Assembly (NCBI GenBank): GCA_019057795.1
Contig: JAHLWS010000077.1
Location: 32,001 to 96,000, forward strand
Length of the DNA stretch: 64,000 nucleotides
Direction of reading: 5' to 3'
Source: Promethearchaeota archaeon
Lineage (GTDB): Archaea; Asgardarchaeota; Lokiarchaeia; Sigyniarchaeales; SOKP01
The first letter of the stretch is position 1, and each line of letters opens with the position of its first letter. Below, one piece after another: positions 29,813 to 38,800 of this stretch. The position numbers and the translations under genes were made by a program. The notes beneath the pieces are model-generated. The model did no database searches. It saw only the letters and a program-made list of their open reading frames with translations, and had not been told where the DNA came from.

Positions 29813-31450
29813 ATGGCGGATAGAGATAAAAATCTACAAAAATTTAGTAAAATTCTAAATGTATATAATGAAATTAATTTAGACAAAATGGCTAAATTAA
29901 TCGGATTTAGAAACTCTATAGATCTAGAACAATGGATTCTAGATTTGCCAGAAAAGTATCACACATATTTAACAATTAGAGGAAAAAATGTTATTATTCA
30001 ATCTAATATCTCGGAAACGATCGATGACCTATTAAATGAATTTGAAAAATGGGATAGTCGAAAAAGTGGAAAAATAATAGAAAGTATCGATTTAAGAAGA
30101 CCCTTTTTTAGAACAACATCGAAAACCGAATCATCCATTTTAGGAGATTCAAGATTAGGCTCTGCAGGTAAAAAGTTTCTTAGTTTATTGTCTACCCATA
30201 AAAGCATTACAAGAAACCGATTTATTAAGGTCTTTGAACTTGAAGCGCTCGTAGATATCGATGATTGGCTATTAGGCCTTCCGAAAGAATTAGGTATTTT
30301 TCTTAATGTAAAGGGCGATGTTATAAAATTCGAGCAAAAAGCTTCAGATAAAGCAAAATTGAAATTAGCCGAACATTTTGATGATTGGATTACAGATTCA
30401 ATGAATGAGTTGACAAAGATTGATGAATCCGCTGTTAGTAAAGAAATAAGAAGAATACCAAGTATTTTAGGAGATGGTTATCACGATTTTTTTAAAATGG
30501 ATATTAAAAAAGAAAAAAGAAAATTTCTTATTCTCCACTTAACAGGTGAAAACCAATTTACGACAAAATCTGATTATGGTGATAGAACTTATACGGCATT
30601 TACAGTTAATATGGATGTTAAAAAGAGTGTCTTAGATTTCCAGCCTGATATAATAGAAAAGGCAAAAAAATCAGTTATACAAAGTGAAATTTATCAGAGA
30701 AATGGAAAAAGGTATTATTATGTAAGCCCCGCTGGTCGTCATATTAGCCGACTAATTAGAACATCGGAAAAGGATTTTCAAATTAGGTTAAAAAACCTTT
30801 TGATTGAAGTGGTACCAGCAGAAAACTTCTCATTTTCAATTCTTTCTCCATCAAGAAAACAAAATATCTTACTTGTATCTTCACCTAGAAAAATGTGTGT
30901 TAAGTGTGGTGATATTTTTACACCTGTAATGTGGGATGGGTGGGAAATTAAGTATCTATCAACAAAAAATGTTTATATCTGTGAGGAATGTAATCCAAAA
31001 CTAAAAAAAACTGTTCAAGAAGAAAATGTTAATAGAGCTATGTGTGAGTTAAAAATTAAAAAAGTAATTTCAAAAAAAGCAAAGATAAGAATCTTTTCTA
31101 TATTAAATCTAATACTTCTTCTGGCTGTTGGATTGCCTTTATTATCATATATTTTCCCTATTATTATATTTACTATATTAGAGGTTTATTTATTAATAAA
31201 ATGGAAACTCATCTCTAACCAAATTAAAAATATGAGAACCGAGGAGTCTATTCGAAAAAAAGTGGTTTTAAATAGTGTTAAGCAGTATGATGGAAATTTA
31301 TTAAAAAAAAAATTTATACCTAAATTTTGTAAACAATGTCGTTGGTTTGATAAAAGCGACCAGAAATGTCATGTTGATGAAGAATCAGGAGAGATCTACG
31401 ACCATTTTAATTTAAATGGTGAAAAAGAGTGCTTCGAGCCAAGAAAATAA
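29813..31450 (+). CDS. membrane protein with two N-terminal WH-helix units, Zn finger, TM hairpin and C-terminal Cys cluster
   Basis: N-terminal ...TIDDLLNEFEKWD; CVKC..CEEC; hydrophobic IFSILNLILLLAVGLPLLSYIFPIIIFTILEVYLLI; CKQC..C..C. Confidence 0.7.
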   Translation: MADRDKNLQKFSKILNVYNEINLDKMAKLIGFRNSIDLEQWILDLPEKYHTYLTIRGKNVIIQSNISETIDDLLNEFEKWDSRKSGKIIESIDLRRPFFRTTSKTESSILGDSRLGSAGKKFLSLLSTHKSITRNRFIKVFELEALVDIDDWLLGLPKELGIFLNVKGDVIKFEQKASDKAKLKLAEHFDDWITDSMNELTKIDESAVSKEIRRIPSILGDGYHDFFKMDIKKEKRKFLILHLTGENQFTTKSDYGDRTYTAFTVNMDVKKSVLDFQPDIIEKAKKSVIQSEIYQRNGKRYYYVSPAGRHISRLIRTSEKDFQIRLKNLLIEVVPAENFSFSILSPSRKQNILLVSSPRKMCVKCGDIFTPVMWDGWEIKYLSTKNVYICEECNPKLKKTVQEENVNRAMCELKIKKVISKKAKIRIFSILNLILLLAVGLPLLSYIFPIIIFTILEVYLLIKWKLISNQIKNMRTEESIRKKVVLNSVKQYDGNLLKKKFIPKFCKQCRWFDKSDQKCHVDEESGEIYDHFNLNGEKECFEPRK

Positions 31451-31505
31451 TTAATTGAAGAAAAGTTTGAAAGTTTCTGATAGAATAAGGATAACAAAAA
31501 GTTAA

Positions 31506-31637
31506 TATGTTATCCCGGAAATTGTTTTTAAAATCAAGGGCTTAGAAACTTTAAGCTTAAGTGCTAATCGGCTAAAAAATATTCCAGAGGAAATTTCTAC
31601 TCCATATTTTCTCTTTTTAAATCAATCAATTGCATAG
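31506..31637 (+). pseudogene. orphan LRR fragment
   Basis: Translates as IPEIVFKIKGLETLSLSANRLKNIPEEIS; no start codon and an in-frame stop upstream. Confidence 0.6.
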
Positions 31638-31678
31638 ACGAGAAAGAAATTGTATCCATATCTCAAAGAAATTTAGTA

Positions 31679-32764
31679 TTATTTTTTTCCATTTCCACTC
31701 ATTTCCCATTTTTTATATTGGTCCATCAGGTTATCAATCTCAGCAAGATTTGACTGCAGATTAAACGCAACAGATTTTGTACTATCGAAGTATTTAGCAT
31801 AAATCTCATCATTTGAAATCATTTCCTTTACTGTTAGTATTATTAAATCTTCCCTTTCGTTTACTTCTTCCACGATTTCTATTATTTGTAGCCTTGCAAA
31901 CTGTGTTCCCAGAGTTAAAATTGTATTCTTAATCTTAGCAATTTTTGTTTGTTGAATCAGATCTTTTATCATTTTAGTCTGATCATTTTTCTTGGCATAA
32001 TTGTTAATCTCTTTTACTTTTGATAAAGCGTCATTAAGAAGAGTTATCGATTGATTATGTTCTCTTTTTTGTTGATCTGCTTGTGTTATAATACTATTAA
32101 TTTCTGTAATATGGATCTGATCAAGCTCTTGTTCACATTTGCTTAATTTAAATTTAATTTCTTTTCTAAATTTCATATCTTGTCTAGAACACTCAATACT
32201 AACTGCCTTTTTAAACAGTTCACGTGCTTCTTCATAGTTTTGTTTGTTAAATTTAGCTAATCCTTGTTCGTACAAACTCTTTACGTTAGCGATTTGAAGG
32301 CTTTTTTGGAAAAAATTAAGGATTTTCGTATCATAGTATTCTCCGTCTCCGTTATCTTTTAGTGGAGTTTCATTTAATGCTTTTTTAGTTATTTTAATGC
32401 CAAGATCTGGATCTTCCCAGAATTCTTCTACTAAATCCTTTACAATTTCAGTGGTTAAATTTTCAAAATTGAAATACTTAGAGGAGTTTTCCATGTATTG
32501 TATATATGGAATATCTAACAACCAATTATCCATACTCTCTCGTACAAACTGAATGAAATGAAAGTCATAATTAGTAAAACCTATAAACGTTTCCACTCGT
32601 AATTTATCAATTTCTTTTAATGCTTCACTTAAAGTTATGAATTCCTTAAAGTTGGAAGTATCGATATGCATCGAAGTATCGATATACATTTTGAATTTTT
32701 TATGCCATTTTTCAGTATGTAATTGGCCACGCAGTGTTTCATTTGGTCTCTGCGACTTTTCCAT
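31679..32764 (-). CDS. unknown N-terminal domain, TPR-like helices and PCI-like WH plus helix
   Basis: Tail LGTQFARLQIIEI...EIYAKYF...FNLQSNLAEIDNLMDQYKKWE. Confidence 0.8.
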   Translation of the reverse strand: MEKSQRPNETLRGQLHTEKWHKKFKMYIDTSMHIDTSNFKEFITLSEALKEIDKLRVETFIGFTNYDFHFIQFVRESMDNWLLDIPYIQYMENSSKYFNFENLTTEIVKDLVEEFWEDPDLGIKITKKALNETPLKDNGDGEYYDTKILNFFQKSLQIANVKSLYEQGLAKFNKQNYEEARELFKKAVSIECSRQDMKFRKEIKFKLSKCEQELDQIHITEINSIITQADQQKREHNQSITLLNDALSKVKEINNYAKKNDQTKMIKDLIQQTKIAKIKNTILTLGTQFARLQIIEIVEEVNEREDLIILTVKEMISNDEIYAKYFDSTKSVAFNLQSNLAEIDNLMDQYKKWEMSGNGKK

Positions 32765-32979
32765 ATTTGAATAATAATTCCTTAGTAGGTTGTCTTTCTC
32801 TTCTTTTGAAATTTTAAATACTCTTTTTTTTAATTTCTTTACTATGTCTAGTTTTATTTATTAATATTATATAATAAAAATTTAATGTTGCACTATGATT
32901 CTATGAATGACTTAAATTTTCAATTCAGTCTCACCTTCTAAGATTTATGAGTTTTTCTTTATTAATAATTTTTCTTTCA

Positions 32980-33216
32980 TTACTTCTTTCCAAATTCCTT
33001 ATCTTCCCATTCTTTATAGGTTGTCATTAATTTGTCAATCTCGTTAATATTCGCTTGTTGATCAAAAGCTACTGATTTGCTGCTCTCGAAATATTCTGCA
33101 TAAATTTCCTTATCATCTATCATACTATTAACCACCTCTACTATTAAATCTTGATTATTTATTTTAGATTTTTCTCCAATTTCCTCTATTGATAGTATCT
33201 TACATCTCCCAATGCA
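32980..33216 (-). pseudogene. orphan WH-plus-helix tail remnant
   Basis: Translates as ...SIEEIGEKSKINNQDLIVEVVNSMIDDKEIYAEYFESSKSVAFDQQANINEIDKLMTTYKEWEDKEFGKK*; in-frame TGA at 33219-33217 upstream. Confidence 0.8.
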
Positions 33217-33387
33217 TCATAATGTTCTTTAAAAAACTTTAGACTTAATCTTGACACTCCTCTGCGTTCTTCTAGAATCCCAGCATTCAGTACAGAGTGA
33301 ATTAAAATTCATGCCTTTCTCCTCTTAAAAATTTAAAATTAACTTTTTATTAGGTTGAATTGTTTTATCAGAATAATAACAGGATTA

Positions 33388-34284
33388 TTAACCCTTTAAT
33401 CTCCACGCGTTTTTTCCATTTTTTAAACCATCTTCGATCAATTTTAAGCTAACTAATTCATTCAACTTATCTAATAATGCAATTGCAAACCATCTACTTG
33501 TAATTCTATTATTATTAATAATATCAAGAATTGTCTGATCCTCGATTGATAATAGACTTAGAGCGTGTTCTTTTGAAATATCCTCAAATTCTATTATCAT
33601 GTCATGGACAAGTTTTGATTTTTCAGAAGAAATTGGAATTGAAGAATTATCAAATCCAGAGTTATTTTCATCATTACTTACGCGAGAATTAGCATATTCT
33701 TCATAATCAGAATTGTTCAATGGTACAACGTTAATCTCTTCTTGTCTTGGAACATTATTTCTTCTGTTTAATCTTCTAGTAAGGTTTTCCTCTTCATACC
33801 TTCTTATATCGTCCTCAGTAAGTGGTAATTTAAAATTATTATTGAAAGCATTAAAAAAATCTTCATAGTTCTCAATGCTATAATTATCTTCGATAAATTC
33901 CACCATATTGTTCCGTAAAAGATACTTATAGAATTTTCTACCGTAACTAGTAAGTGCACAATACAATGCCGGTATAGAATGCATTGATTTTTTCCAGTTT
34001 TTTCTCGGTCTTACCCTAATTAAATAGTTATTTCTAGAAACTTTATTTGAGGGATTATTTGCTAACTTTAAACAATCGATTTCTCTGTCCTTAAGAATTC
34101 CTCTTGGATCGAAGGAAGTAATCTTTTTCCCTCTTTGTTTTATGTGGTTCCAAGACCCTCTTCGACAGATGAAATATAACAAATCTGATTTTTGAACTAA
34201 TAACCTATAAAGCAATTTTTCCAAGTCAGCATCCTCTTTTTTATTCAAACTTTCGATTATTTTTTCCGTGCTATGCTCTACCAT
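33388..34284 (-). CDS. hypothetical protein
   Basis: 298-aa ORF co-oriented with the wHTH gene; no confident family. Confidence 0.65.
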   Translation of the reverse strand: MVEHSTEKIIESLNKKEDADLEKLLYRLLVQKSDLLYFICRRGSWNHIKQRGKKITSFDPRGILKDREIDCLKLANNPSNKVSRNNYLIRVRPRKNWKKSMHSIPALYCALTSYGRKFYKYLLRNNMVEFIEDNYSIENYEDFFNAFNNNFKLPLTEDDIRRYEEENLTRRLNRRNNVPRQEEINVVPLNNSDYEEYANSRVSNDENNSGFDNSSIPISSEKSKLVHDMIIEFEDISKEHALSLLSIEDQTILDIINNNRITSRWFAIALLDKLNELVSLKLIEDGLKNGKNAWRLKG

Positions 34285-34313
34285 AATTTATTCACTATGT
34301 GTATTTGATTGTT

Positions 34314-34880
34314 TTAAGTATGCTCTCTAACTTTCGATTTCTCAGGTGAATCTGAAATTAGAGCTCTTAAAAAAGGATATTCTATTATTGATTTGACGCG
34401 ATCATACATATATTCTTCCAAGTTCCTGAAGAAATCAGTATTGATATCCTTCTGAGACTTTAATTGATCAAGATATTCTTTAATTAGTATTATTATGTTT
34501 GGTATGATATCATACTTAAATTTAGCAATTTCATCTCTCATTATTTCTAAGGAAACATCATTCTCAATGGAATTTTTGCAAAACTTTTTTAAAAATTCCA
34601 TAATATCACGCTTAATAAAAAAGAGAAATTCATTCAAACTATCAGTGCTACGATAATTTATTAGGGAATGATTATTTTCCCCCTCCTGTTTTCCATCCCT
34701 TATAATTAGATTTTCCTCTTCCAATTTCCCTAAAAATTTATAAAGCGTACTTTGTGGAAAACCGAATTTTTTCTTTAATTTTTCAGCGGTACATTTTCCG
34801 CTTTCACTGAAAAATTTTAAAGTTAGTAGTTTTAGAAAGCTTCTTTTTAATTCAACTCTAACTTTCTTAGTAAACATCAT
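34314..34880 (-). CDS. winged-helix transcriptional regulator
   Basis: TAEKLKKKFGFPQSTLYKFLGKLEEENLI HTH pattern. Confidence 0.7.
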   Translation of the reverse strand: MMFTKKVRVELKRSFLKLLTLKFFSESGKCTAEKLKKKFGFPQSTLYKFLGKLEEENLIIRDGKQEGENNHSLINYRSTDSLNEFLFFIKRDIMEFLKKFCKNSIENDVSLEIMRDEIAKFKYDIIPNIIILIKEYLDQLKSQKDINTDFFRNLEEYMYDRVKSIIEYPFLRALISDSPEKSKVREHT

Positions 34881-35179
34881 ACATTTATTTTCTAGCCGAA
34901 TCTATTTAAAGAAAAAGATAAAAAAAAGTTATCAGTTACTTTAAAGAAACTCTGAATCACACCTCAACAAGAGAGCATGGAATGCATTTTAAGCATAAAA
35001 GAATAAAGCTTGATCAACATTTTGGAAATTACCAGCAACTTTGGGACCAGGATTACGGTGTTTCTTAAGAAAACCAGATATCGAAAGATTTAAAACTCTT
35101 CATAAAGTTTTGAAACTACCCTAATATTGCTAAATCAGAATTTGATCATAAAATCTTTTTTGATTTTTACAAAGAATAA

Positions 35180-35230
35180 AAATTCTCAAAGTGGAGAATT
35201 TCATATTTAAATATAGAACTCCTTAGTTCT
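35180..35230. promoter_or_regulatory. palindromic TATA element flanked by two inverted repeats (candidate divergent promoter/operators)
   Basis: AAATTCTC-N6-GAGAATTT (35180-35201), ATATTTAAATAT (35203-35214), AGAACT-N4-AGTTCT (35215-35230). Confidence 0.5.
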
Positions 35231-35508
35231 TTGATAATATTAATATATTGTACAATTATCAAAGGTCTTGTCTTTAATATTTTAGAAATGGAAGGTTTAG
35301 AGTTCAGCGCTGCGCATCGTAAGTTTTCTGGGGGGTGTATGCAAACTGAAAGAGATGGAACTCAAAAAACGCGAGGGATCTATATTTTTGGAAACTCAAG
35401 ATTTTATCTTTTCTTTAAATACTTACGAAATCTTAAGATGGGAAATTATAAAATTTTATTGAAATATACCAAGAACGATAAAAATTACCAAATGGGGAGT
35501 AATTTAAA

Positions 35509-35877
35509 ATGAAAGTTAATAATCATCGATCTTTTTTTTCAAAAAACGATCTCGCTATTTCAGGTCAAAAACAAGGTGAAAGTAGTTCCCTTAAAAAAGA
35601 TGGGTGCGAAAAAACTTATGAATTCCAAGTTTTTTACAATGGAGGGGTTTCTACTGAGAGAATAACCGTAGAATCCCCTATACAAAGGTTTGTACCTGAT
35701 TTCGAAGTAACCAGATACGAAGAATCTTGCGATTACGCGATTAAATACGATAAAGAATCATGCTTTAAAGATTTTCAAAAAGAGGAAAAACTTCCTACAG
35801 TAGAAAAAAAAAAGTTTCGTTTGATAATGTATTGGATAAATTCTACTTCGGTAACTATGAAGACCCATTTTCTTTGA
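35509..35877 (+). CDS. 122-aa ORF, probably the frameshift-separated N-terminus of the giant protein
   Basis: Overlaps the giant frame; a -1 shift in the A10 tract (35804-35813) joins them. Confidence 0.5.
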   Translation: MKVNNHRSFFSKNDLAISGQKQGESSSLKKDGCEKTYEFQVFYNGGVSTERITVESPIQRFVPDFEVTRYEESCDYAIKYDKESCFKDFQKEEKLPTVEKKKFRLIMYWINSTSVTMKTHFL

Positions 35878-38800
35878 AACCAAAGTCGAATAATAAAAAT
35901 CATCTAACCTTGAAGGTTGTTGATATAAATTCCAATACATCACAACTGAATGAAAAGAAGCAAAAACTCGATAAAAATTCTAATAAAAAATTAAGATTTG
36001 AAAAGGGGAAAAAAACACTTCTTATATTAATAAAATGCTGTTTAGTATTTTGTTGTATTGGATTTCTTGTTTACATATTAACGCTAAGTTATTCTTCAAA
36101 CACTGTTGTTTCCAACAATAATTCAGGGATTTTTATTTTTATGATATTTGCTTTCGCGAGTTTATCATTAAGTTTATTTTTAAATAGTAATAAAAGAAAA
36201 AAAGGAAGTGCACTATGGATTTTCCTATTTTTAATCTTAGGAGCATCAATTTATAATTATTGGTTATTTTATCCGCTCCAAATATTACTAATTCCTATAA
36301 CTATAATTCTTATTTACACTCTACTTTATACGCGGAAGAATAATAGGAACAATAGAAAATTGCGACCGGTATCCCTTATAGCGATTTTTCTGATTGGGTT
36401 GCCATTATTTCTTTCTATACCTTCATTAATCGGTATTAATACTCCTGATTATCAATTCGGAAAAATTAATCCGGGTGATAGAATAGAAATAGAATCCTCA
36501 ATAGATCCTGCTAAGTTACAATATTATTCAAACTTTGACGAATTTGAACTTACAATTAACGATTTATTTGTTACTCGTTGTGCGATTTCTCCTAAATTTG
36601 GCGCTGCATCAACCGTTCAAGTTCGCCTTATACCTCAAGATGTCTCGGATGTGGAAGGGTATTATGTAAGAGATCATTATGATGTCGGTTCTGATTATAT
36701 TGTTGGTCCAAAATCTAATTTCTCTATGTATACTAATATACCACTAAATACATTAGACTTATTGCCCGGGTCCTATAAAGCTCAAATCGCATACAGTGAA
36801 CTTACAGTGGGGGGATTCAAAACTTCTGAACCTCAAGAATATACTATTAGCTTAGAAAAAGATAATCTGAAAGCCGTACCCTACGAAGATTTTGGTCTCG
36901 AAGTAGAATATGGTTCGGTTTATACGATCAAGCAAAATAATTCGTGGAATATCGTATTCTCAGGAAAGATCGTTAATTCCTTGCATGAAGCCGTACCTGT
37001 TCAGAATTTAAGCTTATATATTGAAGAATACGATAAATTTGTAAAGGTTGCAATGGTTAATACCGATGAAAATGCTCACTTTTATTACAATCATACTATA
37101 TATGGCTCAATGGAAACAAATCTACTTGTGAAGGTTGAATCTAATGCGGAACATGCCCGTTACAAGAAATTGGAGCATATTGAGTATGCGGGAATCGAGT
37201 ACAAGACTGATAAGTTTTACTTCACTCCTGATGGAGATGACGCGGATTCGTTTCCTGATTGGCCATTTTCTCTGTACGATCTTCTTTTTGCTTTACAATC
37301 AGCAGAATTACATGAAATGCCACATCAGTGGGATGATTTTGAACTAGGAATGAACGATGAAACTCTAAGTACAGGAGATTTAGAGTATGATGACGGTAAT
37401 GAAAACCATATATATGCTTATGGTGAATTTCAAGCATCTCTATGGGCTATAGTAACATGGAAGCCAAGCGGAACCGTAGAGTCGATGGATTATTTGCATT
37501 ATGCTTATAGAATGGATGCACAATATCAAAATTTTTATATTTACAACTGGAATACTTCAGCATATGAAGACATTACTGCATTTCCTAATAGTGGAAGTGT
37601 TACTCTTACCCCTGAATATTATGACGAAGATTATTACGTGAAAGTTAGATTTTTTGCAAGTACGGGAGGAATTCCTGTATTGAGTTCATCCAACCCACAC
37701 ACAGCATCTCCTGGTGGGGTCGAAGCCGACTTATGGATCGATCAACTGCGTATTGATTATACCGGAGATCCTACTCCACCCCCTCCACCAGAACCACTCG
37801 CATTCTGTGCTGAATTTGACGATGGTTCTGGAATTTATACGTATGATTCGGTAAATAATTTTGAAGGAATTTTGCATGGGAACGCCTTATGGACAAATGG
37901 TATGTACGGTACGTATTGTCTTTCTTTTGACGGAGATGGAACAGTTTATGTTCCAGAGGTTATAGGAACCACGATTTATACGACTTATGCAGATGTATCC
38001 TATAAAGAGAAATCTGGACTAGTGAAATCTGTGGAGCATGTAGAACTTATACTGACAGGTACATCTAATTCATATCAGTTAACGAAATTTCAAAATATCG
38101 ATAATTGTATACCATTTGTCACCATGAAACAAGATGTTGGAGATGACTGGGATAATATTCCGTGTGATGTGTATTTTACAAATACTGGTACTCCAACGGT
38201 ACACGCAGAACGAGCAGGGTCGTTGAATAGTGTTACTCTCAGCATATATATTGTTGAATTTGACGAAACTAGAGTTAATGTGCAAAGCGGCTCATTTTCC
38301 TCGTCTGGAACAACTTCAGATCCAACTATTAATGAGGTTGATCTTTCTAAAGCTGTGCCACTAGCGTATTATAAGGTAGATGGCGGAGATGATGATTGGG
38401 ACGGGGCGATGGTATCCACAGATTTTTTAGATAGCACAACAATTCACATGGAAAGGGACCAATCAAGCGGTACGATGAGCGGGCATTATTACGTGTTCGA
38501 AACCCAAGGTTCGGGATTTTCCGTACAAAAAGCAGAATTGAGCATGTCAACAAGCGACGGCTATGATACGGCGACGATCAATTCGATTGACATGTCAAAA
38601 TCGTTTATTGTATCCTCCTATGAAGCTGCTGTTATGAATGATGATAGTGAAGATGCTGCCGTAGATGTATGGCTGAACTCTCCAACAGAAGTTCGGGCAG
38701 AACGGCATTCTGAATCGTATTATTCTGGAGCAATACCTACAATTAATGTATTTGTAGTTACATTTAGTGGAAATGAAAGTGTGCAGCGCGGAGACTTTAC

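Noticed and set aside
35231-35512. 93-aa ORF upstream of the giant gene
   Set aside because: TTG start, no motif, atypical composition and located in the probable promoter/leader region; not supportable.
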